Positions 8,984 through 18,902 of a stretch of 64,000 nt of DNA are shown piece by piece. Source of the DNA: Clostridiales bacterium. GTDB taxonomy: Bacteria; Bacillota; Clostridia; TANB77; CAG-508. How positions within the stretch are numbered: the first letter of the stretch is position 1; each line of letters begins with the position of its first letter. Position numbers and translations under genes: made by a program. Under the pieces are notes generated by a model, which worked only from the letters and a program-made list of their open reading frames with translations, was not told where the DNA came from and made no database searches. The DNA lies in NCBI GenBank assembly GCA_019419955.1, contig JAHZIB010000001.1, forward strand, positions 29,971 to 93,970, in the 5' to 3' direction.

Positions 8984-10117
8984 CTAATAGTTTGTTATCA
9001 ATAAATGCTCTACATCTTTGTCATTTCTATTTTGAAAACTCACAAGATATTTTTTATCAAATGTTTTTATTTTAAATTCCTTTGTATTATATAAATTATA
9101 AATAAATTCTGTATTTTTTATAATTAGCATTATCTTTGCTTCAGTATTTTTTAAATATTCACATAATCTTACCTGATCTTTCTTACCAAATTCATTTTTA
9201 GCATAAGTTGAAAATTCTGTATCATATGGTGGATCTAAAAATATAAAATCTCCTTTTTCAGGATTTACTTTTTTTAGAAATACTTCAAAATCATCACAAT
9301 ATATTTGAGTTTGTTCCATATATGTTTTTATTTCCTTAGAGTCTATATATTCTATCTTTTTTCTAAATTCTTTTCTATTATAGCTTATTCCACCATATGG
9401 TACATTGAATTTTCCATTTTTATTATATCTAAACATTGATGCATAACAAAACTCTCTAATAAAGTAAAATATTGCTGTATAAAAAGATGTATTAATATTT
9501 AATTTTTCTGCCTCATTGTATAAATGTCTAAAATGCATATAAAATGCACTTTTAAATGCACATTCGATATTATCAAGTGTGTCTTTTTCATTCATTTGTT
9601 TTCTTTGTTTTTCAATTTTAAACATTCTATTCATCTTTGATATCAAATTTTTTACTATTTCATTTATAAAATTATCTATTTCTATATTGAAATCAGACGA
9701 TAATATTCCATTAAATTCCTCTGCATGTTTTATTACAAAAGCATATATTTTATCATTAAATTTAATTTTTATATTCTTACTTTCACTATTCATATTAAGA
9801 TCTGTACAATAGTCTCTATATATCTTTAATAACTCAATATAATTGTCTTCAACAACTTTTTCTAGTAATATCCAATTTTTATATATAGCTTTTAAGTTAC
9901 TAAAAAATTCTTTATCATTATTTTTTATACATCTATACAAGTTAATTAATTCTTCCGATTTATCATTGATTATTGATTTTTTAATATCTAAATTAAAATA
10001 CACCGCACCTCCACCAATAAAAGGCTCTATATATCTTTTTATATTACTTGGTAAATTTTCTTTTATATATGGTAATTCTTTTTCTTTTCCACCTGCCCAT
10101 TTTATTATTGGATTCAT
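8984..10117 (-). CDS. Site-specific DNA adenine (N6) methyltransferase, Dam/D12 class (alpha group)
   Basis: 377 aa. N-terminal IIKWAGGK and FIEPFIGGGAV (SAM motif) match Dam LKWAGGK and EPFVGAGSV. DPPY motif FLDPPYDTEF. About 250-aa insertion between motifs, presumed target-recognition domain. Confidence 0.9.
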   Translation of the reverse strand: MNPIIKWAGGKEKELPYIKENLPSNIKRYIEPFIGGGAVYFNLDIKKSIINDKSEELINLYRCIKNNDKEFFSNLKAIYKNWILLEKVVEDNYIELLKIYRDYCTDLNMNSESKNIKIKFNDKIYAFVIKHAEEFNGILSSDFNIEIDNFINEIVKNLISKMNRMFKIEKQRKQMNEKDTLDNIECAFKSAFYMHFRHLYNEAEKLNINTSFYTAIFYFIREFCYASMFRYNKNGKFNVPYGGISYNRKEFRKKIEYIDSKEIKTYMEQTQIYCDDFEVFLKKVNPEKGDFIFLDPPYDTEFSTYAKNEFGKKDQVRLCEYLKNTEAKIMLIIKNTEFIYNLYNTKEFKIKTFDKKYLVSFQNRNDKDVEHLLITNY

Positions 10118-10249
10118 AAAAAACTCTCCTTCATTATAACTATTTATTTTATATCATAAAATATAAATTTTAACAATAATTTATTACATATTTCTTTTGT
10201 CAATATTTTATCAAACATTTGTTTTAAATGCAATACATTTTTTATATTT

Positions 10250-10693
10250 TTAAAATTTTTTCGTTTCAAAATTTATACTATTAAAAAGATATAGTGCAAC
10301 TTTATTTTGTTCTGTCGAGTCCATTTCCATAATTTTGCTTGATACAAATATTATATAAGGATAGTTTGCAAAATTAATAGTAGTAGTTCTGTATTCACTA
10401 TTTATTTCTTTTAGTAGGTTATCAAAATATTTATACATTTCTTTTTTATCGTATTCTAAATTGGTATGGCTATAATTATCACACATACAAATTGCTAGTC
10501 TTAATTTATTTTCTAAATCCATATCTTTTATCATATCTATTACATAATTTACTTTTTCAGCATTCATAACTTTTTTATTCCTTTCCATTTTTATTTTTCG
10601 GGGGTATGGGGTGCAAATCCCATATTTGAGTTTGTGCGGGAGTACAAATTCATTGCTTGCTAGGACATAAAATTTGTATTTTTCAAAATTCAC
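10250..10693 (-). CDS. Hypothetical protein (island). Real start may be the internal Met near 10588
   Basis: ORF only. Upstream part overlaps a GC-rich palindromic stretch. Confidence 0.4.
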   Translation of the reverse strand: MNFEKYKFYVLASNEFVLPHKLKYGICTPYPRKIKMERNKKVMNAEKVNYVIDMIKDMDLENKLRLAICMCDNYSHTNLEYDKKEMYKYFDNLLKEINSEYRTTTINFANYPYIIFVSSKIMEMDSTEQNKVALYLFNSINFETKKF

Positions 10694-11118
10694 TATTTTT
10701 TTATCTGTGTATTTTTTAATAAATTTTCTTTATTTTTTTGTATTAAATCTACGCAGTCTATTATCATTTCATCTTCAATAATAGGATAATTTACAACTCC
10801 TTTTGTATAAAAATTTTCTTCTAATAGTTGTAGATATTCATTCATTTCTTGTGTAGAATATTCTTTATTTTCAATTTTTGAATGATAAAATATATAATAA
10901 TCTTCTTTTATTTTTTCTAACTCCTGTTTAGTAATTGGCTCTTTATAAATAAATCCGATGTTATTATTTTGTAAAATATCATTCAAATATTTTATATATT
11001 CTTTACTGCTTTTAGAGATAAATTCTTCTGTAAATCTTATATCTTTTATTTCAATATTGTATTTTTCATCTCTTGAAATTTCTATGAATTCCAGTAAATA
11101 AATGTATATGTTTTCCAT
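10693..11118 (-). CDS. Hypothetical protein (island), 141 aa
   Basis: ORF only. ATGA start/stop overlap with the downstream ORF. Overlaps the 3' end of the recombinase ORF. Confidence 0.4.
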   Translation of the reverse strand: MENIYIYLLEFIEISRDEKYNIEIKDIRFTEEFISKSSKEYIKYLNDILQNNNIGFIYKEPITKQELEKIKEDYYIFYHSKIENKEYSTQEMNEYLQLLEENFYTKGVVNYPIIEDEMIIDCVDLIQKNKENLLKNTQIKK

Positions 11119-11929
11119 AATTTGAATGCTTGTTTTTCTCTAAAATTATTCTCGTTGCATTCCATGTTTCTTGGTCAATTATTGGCTCACAATAGTTTTC
11201 TACTCTTAAAATATCTTGAAGTTTTCTAGCGTATTTTCCATACTCAAATATACCTATATAAATAGAATTTGTAAGTATTTTATAAACTCTATCACTTGTC
11301 CATTTTCCAGATTTTAAATAAGAATTATTATCTTTCATTACTCTTGCAATACCTCTACAAGAGTAACTTTTCCTACATAATTCAAATATTTCTTTAACAA
11401 TTTGTGCTTCAATAGGCTCTATTTCTAAATGTCCCGTTTCTTTATTTCTAGTATATCCATAAGGTGCTTTGCTAGGGTGTACCTTTTCTAAAGCCATTTC
11501 TTCTAATGCTCTTTTTGTTCTTGCTCCGATTTCTTTTCTTTCTCTTTGTCCAAAAACTAAGTTCATACCATAGAACATTTCACCATTTGCAGTTGATACA
11601 TCATAAGGCTCTAATATTAGTTCTATTTTTACATCATGTTCTTCACAGTAATTTAAAAGCCAAAATCCATCATAATTATTGCGAGTTAATCTATCTACCT
11701 TTATTGCAATTAACTTGTCTAATTTGTGCATTTTAATATCTTTTAGAAGTCTTTGCATTTCTGGTCTCATTAAATCTTTTCCAGAATGTCCTGCATCATT
11801 GTATACATCTACGATAGAATACTCACTTTTCTCACAATATTCTTTTATCATTCGTAATTGAGAATCAATAGAATAGCCATTATCTCTTTGTTCATCTGTT
11901 GATACTCTTACATAAATTCCACATCTCAT
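11066..11929 (-). CDS. Serine recombinase (resolvase plus recombinase domains), C-terminally truncated relative to large serine recombinases
   Basis: N-terminus MRCGIYVRVSTDEQ..GYSIDSQ (catalytic Ser region) followed by a recombinase domain. It ends after about 287 aa without the zinc-ribbon/coiled-coil module. GGAGG RBS before the second ATG. Confidence 0.8.
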   Translation of the reverse strand: MRCGIYVRVSTDEQRDNGYSIDSQLRMIKEYCEKSEYSIVDVYNDAGHSGKDLMRPEMQRLLKDIKMHKLDKLIAIKVDRLTRNNYDGFWLLNYCEEHDVKIELILEPYDVSTANGEMFYGMNLVFGQRERKEIGARTKRALEEMALEKVHPSKAPYGYTRNKETGHLEIEPIEAQIVKEIFELCRKSYSCRGIARVMKDNNSYLKSGKWTSDRVYKILTNSIYIGIFEYGKYARKLQDILRVENYCEPIIDQETWNATRIILEKNKHSNYGKHIHLFTGIHRNFKR

Positions 11930-12120
11930 AAAATTACCTCCCACTTATCCTGTGAATTTTTTTAGGTTTTGTATAGTAAAATTTCAAAAAAACTTAAAAA
12001 AATTTTATTTCTTTCATATATTTGCTCACAAAAGTCAACTTTTGCCCCCTTAATTTTGAAAAAAATTTTTTTATTCCTCCATATGTTTCCTAACTAAAAT
12101 GCGTTTTTGCAATCTATATT

Positions 12121-12408
12121 TTAAAATTTCTTTAATTTTATGAGAATTTGTTTTATTTCTTTGAGATTATACTTTTGTTTATATTCTTTAATATAAAAAT
12201 TCTTATTAGCTATTTCATTTACTTTATATTCGTAAATAGTAAGAGTAGAAGGATATGTAATTACATATTCAGTTGGTTCAATAAATTGTAAATTAGTAGC
12301 CCTTAAATGCTTAATTTTACCATTTTTAATTGTATAAACATAGTTTTTAATAATTTCTAATATTTCTGCATTTGGCTCTAATTCTTGTACTATTTCAAAT
12401 TCAAACAT
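12121..12408 (-). CDS. Hypothetical protein, 95 aa (island)
   Basis: ORF only. Confidence 0.35.
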   Translation of the reverse strand: MFEFEIVQELEPNAEILEIIKNYVYTIKNGKIKHLRATNLQFIEPTEYVITYPSTLTIYEYKVNEIANKNFYIKEYKQKYNLKEIKQILIKLKKF

Positions 12409-12527
12409 AAAAAATGCCCTCCTTTCTGGGAAGAGAACATTTTAGTATTTTTATGAAGTTCAATTCATCTTTTCTAAAAATGAAAAAACAACCTACAAAC
12501 CTTTATAGTTCGTAAGTTGTTAGAGTA

Positions 12528-12601
<74 letters not shown>

Positions 12602-12680
12602 ATTCTTCAATAATAAGTATAGCATTATTTTTTTATATAGTAAAGAGAAAAAAACAACTTACAGACCTTATAGTTCGTAA

Positions 12681-12766
<86 letters not shown>

Positions 12767-12900
12767 ATTTCATTTTCAGAACAGTTATTATTATAAACTT
12801 TTTAAAAGCTCTTGTCAATACTTTTTAAAAAATTTTATAAATTTTTTCTTAATACTTGCATTAGATGATATTTTGTGCTAATATAATATAGTAATTTCAT

Positions 12901-12976
12901 AGGGGTATAGTGTCAATGGTTAGCATAATGGTCTCCAAAACCACAGGTGAGGGTTCGAATCCTTCTACCCCTGCCA
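12901..12976 (+). tRNA. tRNA-Trp(CCA)
   Basis: AGGGGTA..TACCCCT acceptor stem, anticodon loop CTCCAAA. Near-identical in architecture to B. subtilis tRNA-Trp. Ends in GCCA. Confidence 0.9.
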
Positions 12977-13073
12977 AATACATTATGCACAATCATTGTA
13001 TTGTGTATTTTATTTTGCCAAAACATATATAGCAACTATAAAATTAAAAATATTTGATGAAAAGGGTATTCAC

Positions 13074-13544
13074 ATGAGTGAAAAACAAAAAAAAATAATA
13101 AATAAAATAAAAAACAATAAATTAGTAAATAAGTTTCTAACAAAAGAAATAATTTTATATGTTATTTTCGGAGTATTAACTACATTAATAAACATAGGCT
13201 CCTTCTATATTATGACAACATATTTCAATATTGAAGAAAACTTTGCAAATAATACTGCAATTATATTTGCTGTTTTATTTGCATATGTTACAAATAAAGA
13301 CTTAGTATTTCACTCTCAAGCTAAAGGATTTGGAGAAAAATTTATTGAGTTTTGTAAATTCATCTTAGGTCGACTTGTTACAATGTTTATTGAGTCTGTT
13401 GGAGGTTCTTTATTATTTAAGTATGCACCTTTTACGCCTATTGTGAGCAAATGCATTATAACAGTATTTGTTATAATTTTAAATTTTTTAATTAGCAAAT
13501 TTTTTACCTTTAGGAGTTCTCCTAAGAGTGAAGAAAAAAAATAA
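13074..13544 (+). CDS. GtrA family membrane protein
   Basis: Four TM helices, GtrA-like pattern. The longer ORF from 12996 would overlap the tRNA flank, so start is set at the second Met (MSEKQKK). Confidence 0.7.
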   Translation: MSEKQKKIINKIKNNKLVNKFLTKEIILYVIFGVLTTLINIGSFYIMTTYFNIEENFANNTAIIFAVLFAYVTNKDLVFHSQAKGFGEKFIEFCKFILGRLVTMFIESVGGSLLFKYAPFTPIVSKCIITVFVIILNFLISKFFTFRSSPKSEEKK

Positions 13545-13575
13545 AGCATTCGGGGGCTATTAGATTGGAGGTTAT

Positions 13576-14172
13576 ATGTCTAATAGTTTTTCTTTGTCCT
13601 TTAAAGGTTTAATTATAATTATCATATTCTTGATTTTATTTATTTGTATATTTTTTATTCCTACTAATCCAGATTGGTCCTATTCTTCTGTATCTAATGA
13701 AAATTTAATACTTGATATTAGCTCTTCTGGTTACGTCTGGCCTGCTCCAGGTTATACAAGAATCAATTCTTATTTTGGATACAGAACTTCTCCTACTGCT
13801 GGTGCTTCTTCATATCATTCTGGGCTCGACATAGGTGCTCCAGAAGGAAGCAAACTTGTTGCTGTTACATCTGGCAAAATTACATTTGCACAATTTCTTG
13901 GTGGAGGTGGTTATACTATAACTCTTACCTCTGGAAATATAAAGTTCACTTATTGCCATGTTTCACCTTATTATATTGTTAAAGTTGGGGACTATGTTAT
14001 TCAAGGACAATTGATTGGATATGTAGGGCCTAAAAATGTCTATGGGGTAAAGGGAAATCAATACAAAGATGAAAATGGAAATCCTACAAACGGAGCTACT
14101 ACTGGTCCACATTTACACTTTGGTCTAAGAATCAATGGAGAATATGCTGACCCCTTAACACTTTTTAATTGA
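13576..14172 (+). CDS. M23 family metallopeptidase (LytM-like) with N-terminal TM/signal segment
   Basis: HSGLDIGAP and GPHLHFGLR (HxxxD and HxH motifs). Confidence 0.85.
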   Translation: MSNSFSLSFKGLIIIIIFLILFICIFFIPTNPDWSYSSVSNENLILDISSSGYVWPAPGYTRINSYFGYRTSPTAGASSYHSGLDIGAPEGSKLVAVTSGKITFAQFLGGGGYTITLTSGNIKFTYCHVSPYYIVKVGDYVIQGQLIGYVGPKNVYGVKGNQYKDENGNPTNGATTGPHLHFGLRINGEYADPLTLFN

Positions 14173-14398
14173 TTTTTATTGATGTACCCTGGTTACTAAA
14201 TAATGGCTTAATATGATTTATAGCTGAAACCCTTGTGTTTCTAACTAGAGTATATTTTTTTAAAAGGTATACTTCTTTAAACGCACTTGCAATAAAATTG
14301 CTCGTTTGGATGCTGCGCGGTTCTGCAAAATGTCTCTAAATATACACATATCTTGCTTGGTTGCATTTGAGTTGACTAAAAGTTACTATACAATAAAA

Positions 14399-14446
14399 AA
14401 GAGGGTGAAAATTAAAATTAATCATTTAATTTCACTCTCCCCACCA
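14399..14446. terminator. Hairpin between convergent M23 peptidase and Zn-ribbon genes
   Basis: agagggtgaaa / tttcactctcc stem (one mismatch), flanked by A and T runs. Confidence 0.5.
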
Positions 14447-14456
14447 AATTTTATTT

Positions 14457-15035
14457 CTACATATCTTCATCTTCGTTTTTATTGTCTTCACTTATTTGAG
14501 CATTATTTATATCTCTATCCTTTTTGTTTTGACTTCTGTTTTGTGATTTTTTATTTTTAGAAATATCTTCATTATAGATGCCTTCATCTTCCGCAACCTG
14601 CTCGCTATGGCAGTGTCCACAATCTCCCATACATTCGTATTCATCATCAGAATTCCAATCTAATTCTATAATATTATTACATTTCGGGCATTTAATTTCG
14701 TCTTTTTCTTCATCTTCAATGTCAGTGGTAAATTCATAATTGCAATAAGGACAAATTATTTCAAATTCATAATTATCATCTTGTTCATAAATATCGCCCT
14801 CTATCTCATCTACTAATGATTGTACCTCTTCAATTCTATGATTAATCGCCAATTGCCTGTCTTCTACTTCTTTAATTCTTTCATCCATTAATGCCGTTAA
14901 TCTATCAACAATATCCATGAAAATAAATGTTAATTCCGTAATCTTCTCTTTTGAATACGTCAAATCATATGGTTCTTTAATATTATTTTCTAAATCTTCC
15001 AATATTTTTTTATATTTACCTTTTATATCAGACAT
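14457..15035 (-). CDS. Acidic zinc-ribbon protein (three CxxC pairs), hypothetical
   Basis: CPYCNYEF, CPKCNNII, CMGDCGHCH. Highly acidic, K/D/E-rich C-terminus. Confidence 0.6.
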   Translation of the reverse strand: MSDIKGKYKKILEDLENNIKEPYDLTYSKEKITELTFIFMDIVDRLTALMDERIKEVEDRQLAINHRIEEVQSLVDEIEGDIYEQDDNYEFEIICPYCNYEFTTDIEDEEKDEIKCPKCNNIIELDWNSDDEYECMGDCGHCHSEQVAEDEGIYNEDISKNKKSQNRSQNKKDRDINNAQISEDNKNEDEDM

Positions 15036-15067
15036 AAAAACCTCACTTCCGACTAAAAAACGTCTAA

Positions 15068-15634
15068 TTAAACTCTTTCCATATATTCGCCAGTTCTTGT
15101 GTCTATTCTTACAACATCTCCAATGTTTACAAATAGAGGCACTGTAAGTGTATAACCATTTTCAAGTGTAGCTGGCTTTCCTGATGTTGTTGTAGTATTT
15201 CCAGCAAATCCTGGTTCTGTATATGTAACTTCTAATTCAACAAACATTGGTGGTTCTACAGAAAATACATTTCCTTTAAAAGATAATATTTTAACATTCA
15301 TATTTTCTTTTAAGAATTTTAAACCATCACCAATTTGTTCCTCATTAAGCGGTAATTGCTCATATGTTTCATTATCCATGAAATAGTACAATCCACCATC
15401 ATTATATAAATATTGCATTTCCCTTTTTTCAATTTCTGCTCCTGGGAATTTCTCAGAAGGATTAAAAGTTTTTTCTAAAACTGCACCTGTTATAACATTT
15501 TTAAGTTTTGTTCTAACAAAAGCTGCTCCCTTTCCTGGTTTAACATGTTGAAATTCAACTACCTTAAATACATTTCCATCCATTTCAAATGTTGTTCCGT
15601 TTCTAAAATCTCCTGCCATATATACTTCTGCCAT
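15068..15634 (-). CDS. efp: Elongation factor P
   Basis: [24 protein letters not shown], near-identical to Bacillus EF-P. Confidence 0.95.
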   Translation of the reverse strand: MAEVYMAGDFRNGTTFEMDGNVFKVVEFQHVKPGKGAAFVRTKLKNVITGAVLEKTFNPSEKFPGAEIEKREMQYLYNDGGLYYFMDNETYEQLPLNEEQIGDGLKFLKENMNVKILSFKGNVFSVEPPMFVELEVTYTEPGFAGNTTTTSGKPATLENGYTLTVPLFVNIGDVVRIDTRTGEYMERV

Positions 15635-15738
15635 TTTTTATTACCCCTTTCAAAATTAACATAATTATAATACAAAATATTTTATCATATATTTTATACT
15701 AAATCAAGTATTATATTATATTTTAAAGTAATTCTTTT

Positions 15739-16809
15739 TCAATCAGCTCCCACTATAATATAATTCTTGTCAGATTTAGTTAAATTTATACTTCCAGATT
15801 TTGTAATTAAAACTGTATCTTCTATTCGAACTCCAAAATTTCCTGGAATATAAATACCTGGTTCATTTGTAACAACCATGTTTTCTTTTAAGCAATTATC
15901 ATTTTTGCTATTTACAAAAGGTAATTCATGTATTTCTAACCCAACTCCATGACCCAAGCTATGGAGCAAACTATATCCATTTAGTTTGAAATCATTTTCT
16001 ACCATTTTTGAAATAAGCCTGATTGATGTACCATCTTTATATTCTTTCAAAGTTTGTTGTTCATTTTTTAATACTAAATCATATACTCTCTGTGCTTGAA
16101 CAGGTACATATCCTGCAAAAACTGTTCTCGTCATATCTGACATATACCCTTTGTATTGGCACCCCATATCTATTGTAATCGGATCACCTATTTCTATTTT
16201 TTTGTCTGTTGGGATTGCATGAGGTTTTGAGGTATTCTTTCCTGATGCCACAATTGTCTCAAAAGCCAATCCATCTGCCCCATTATCTCTAAAAAACTTT
16301 TCTATCTCAAATGCAATTTCTTTTTCTGTCATTCCTATCTTAATATATTCACAAATATGCTTAAAACATAAGTCAGTAATATAGCATGCTTTTTCTATCA
16401 GTCCGATTTCTTCTACATCTTTTAACATGCGCTGTTTTTCGATTAAATTTTCAGTTTCTTCAAAATTGTTTATCTTATATTTCTCAATAAATTTTTTATA
16501 TGCAGCATAAGTAATATAATTTTCCTCAAATCCAACATTTTCACAAAACATAAAGAAATTTTCATAATCATCTCTAGATATGTTTGCTATATCATTAACT
16601 ATTATTCCGTCATTTATAGTTAGTGTAGATTTAACATCTTCTAAATATCTGCTATCAGTGATAAAAAAATTTTCCTTTCTAGTGATTAATAGTACTCCTT
16701 CTGCTTGTATACCAGTTAAATATCTAATATTAATGGGATTTGATATTATCATTCCTTGCATGTTTTCCATATTTATTTTGTCTCTTAACCATTTAATCTT
16801 AGGATTCAT
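15739..16809 (-). CDS. Xaa-Pro aminopeptidase/dipeptidase (M24 family)
   Basis: M24 pita-bread fold motifs (HSLGHGVGLEIHE, NEPGIY). Classic efp neighbour. Confidence 0.9.
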   Translation of the reverse strand: MNPKIKWLRDKINMENMQGMIISNPINIRYLTGIQAEGVLLITRKENFFITDSRYLEDVKSTLTINDGIIVNDIANISRDDYENFFMFCENVGFEENYITYAAYKKFIEKYKINNFEETENLIEKQRMLKDVEEIGLIEKACYITDLCFKHICEYIKIGMTEKEIAFEIEKFFRDNGADGLAFETIVASGKNTSKPHAIPTDKKIEIGDPITIDMGCQYKGYMSDMTRTVFAGYVPVQAQRVYDLVLKNEQQTLKEYKDGTSIRLISKMVENDFKLNGYSLLHSLGHGVGLEIHELPFVNSKNDNCLKENMVVTNEPGIYIPGNFGVRIEDTVLITKSGSINLTKSDKNYIIVGAD

Positions 16810-16856
16810 GAAATTTCCCCCTTTTATGATACATACATTCTATGTCTTATTCTTAA

Positions 16857-17597
16857 TTAATATGTCCCAAGTGAAAATATTTTTAATAACACAAACAATA
16901 AATCTGGAGTGGATATATATATAGGAATTATACTAGCCACTACAATAAATGGTCCAAAAGGAATGTACTCTCCCATCTTTCTTTTTCTTGCAATTAAAAT
17001 TACTATTCCAACTATCGCCGCAAAAAGGAATGCCATTACTGAAATCATTACTATATTTAGCCATCCAAAGAAAAGTCCTAAGGCTCCCATGAACTTTACA
17101 TCTCCAAAGCCCATCGCCTCTTTACCAGCAATTGCACCTCCAATTAGTGTGATTAATAGGAAAATACCTCCTCCAACAAGCATTCCTAACATACTATCAA
17201 TAAATATGTTTATTCCTCCACCTGTTATTAGTAATGTCTTTATAAAAGTAAAAACAAGTCCAATTTCAAACATTGTAAGTGTCAATCTGTTTGGTATGAT
17301 TTGTAATCTGAAGTCAATTATAAATGCTATTAAAAGCATTGGAATTAATAGCATAAATTGAATTGTATCAATGTTTAAACCATTAAAGAATAATAAAGCA
17401 ATATATGCTACAGCCACAATTACCATTAATAAATATTTTGGTTTAGTATTTTTTAAATATTCTTTAAAAAAGTCTCTTGACAAAACTTTTTTATACTCTG
17501 GTAATCTTAAATTGCACCAATCTACCAACTGTCCCACTATTAAACCTATAATACCTACTATCACATATGTTAATATGTGTAAATCATTAATGTACAT
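16857..17597 (-). CDS. Prepilin peptidase (A24 family) lacking the N-terminal Cys4 zinc domain
   Basis: GFGDVKFMGALG motif (second catalytic Asp). IIDF...IIPN region. Eight predicted TM segments. Confidence 0.75.
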   Translation of the reverse strand: MYINDLHILTYVIVGIIGLIVGQLVDWCNLRLPEYKKVLSRDFFKEYLKNTKPKYLLMVIVAVAYIALLFFNGLNIDTIQFMLLIPMLLIAFIIDFRLQIIPNRLTLTMFEIGLVFTFIKTLLITGGGINIFIDSMLGMLVGGGIFLLITLIGGAIAGKEAMGFGDVKFMGALGLFFGWLNIVMISVMAFLFAAIVGIVILIARKRKMGEYIPFGPFIVVASIIPIYISTPDLLFVLLKIFSLGTY

Positions 17598-17626
17598 TTT
17601 CTTCCCCCGTTTTATCTAAAAATCTA

Positions 17627-18136
17627 TTATTTTAAAGCTTTCTTTCTTTTGGCTTCCTCATATTTTTTTATAACAAATTTCTCAAAAGGTCTTTTTAATT
17701 TTGTTATTAAATAGTCTTTCTCTTCAATTGGTTTAACTAAAATTGAAAACATGCCACATCTATTCGCTCCCAATACATCTGTAAAAATCTGGTCACCAAC
17801 TACTGCAATATTTTCATTTTCTAATTTTAGAAGCGCCTGAGCTCTTTTAAATCCAGACTTTAATGGTTTCTTTCCAAAGAATATATATGGCACATCAATT
17901 ATTTTAGCAACAGAAGTTATTTTTTCAATTTTGTTGCTATTAGATAATATGCAAATCTTTATCCCTTTAGACTTCAACTCTTTTGCCCAATTAGACACAC
18001 CAACAGGCATTTTTCTATCTAAATTAATTAAAGTATTATCCACATCTAAAATTAATCCTTTTATATTGTTTTTGTTTAGAAGCTCTATGCTTATATTCTT
18101 CACATTATCAAAATATTCATTTGGATATAATAACAT
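17627..18136 (-). CDS. YqeG family HAD phosphatase (HAD-IIIA)
   Basis: LILDVDNTL motif. GGAGG RBS before the internal Met, used as start. Confidence 0.8.
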   Translation of the reverse strand: MLLYPNEYFDNVKNISIELLNKNNIKGLILDVDNTLINLDRKMPVGVSNWAKELKSKGIKICILSNSNKIEKITSVAKIIDVPYIFFGKKPLKSGFKRAQALLKLENENIAVVGDQIFTDVLGANRCGMFSILVKPIEEKDYLITKLKRPFEKFVIKKYEEAKRKKALK

Positions 18137-18192
18137 TTTTCCTCCATTTCTTCTCTTTATTATATTATCAATATGTTCGCCATTTGTCAATA

Positions 18193-18882
18193 CTACAATA
18201 AATTGCTTAAAATATCATTGACTTCGGTTACTGGTATTGCTCCTTCCTTTATTAGCATATTGGTTCCATATGAATTATCACTAAAAATATTCCCTGGCAA
18301 TGCATATACGTCCTTGCCTTGTTCCAATGCATGATTTACTGTAATCATTGTTCCACTTCGTCTCCTTGCCTCAATGACAAGCACACCTTCTGAAAGTCCA
18401 CTAATAATTCTATTTCTTATTGGAAAATTAGGTTTAGCAGGTTTCGTACCTATTGGATATTCTGTAATTACTGCTCCATTTTTTCTAATTATATCTTTAT
18501 ATAGCCACATATTCTCTGAGGGATATACTTCATCCAAACCACTACCTAGAACAGCAACAGTTTTTCCTTTTGCATCAAGAGCTCCCAAATGTGCAAATGT
18601 GTCTATCCCCTTTGCCATTCCACTTATAATGCAAATTCCTTGCTTTGCCAATTCAAATGCAAATTTGTACGCATTTATCCTTCCATATTCGGTAAAATTT
18701 CTACAACCAACTATCGCAATAGCTTTTTCATTTAATAATTCAACATTTCCTAACACATACAATACCTGTGGTTTAGCATATATGTGCATTAGCTTTTCAG
18801 GATAGTTCTTGTCCTGTATTTTTATAATCTTAATTTTATCTATCTTTAAATTTATGTTCATACACAATTTCTCCTTCTTCAA
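18193..18882 (-). CDS. dprA: DNA processing protein DprA (Rossmann-fold core only)
   Basis: AIVGCRNFTEYG...GMAKGID...EYPIGT..RNRIISGLS DprA signature. Lacks the N-terminal SAM-like and C-terminal domains. Confidence 0.85.
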   Translation of the reverse strand: MKKEKLCMNINLKIDKIKIIKIQDKNYPEKLMHIYAKPQVLYVLGNVELLNEKAIAIVGCRNFTEYGRINAYKFAFELAKQGICIISGMAKGIDTFAHLGALDAKGKTVAVLGSGLDEVYPSENMWLYKDIIRKNGAVITEYPIGTKPAKPNFPIRNRIISGLSEGVLVIEARRRSGTMITVNHALEQGKDVYALPGNIFSDNSYGTNMLIKEGAIPVTEVNDILSNLL

Positions 18883-18902
18883 GAAATTGCCCCCGAACTT
18901 TT

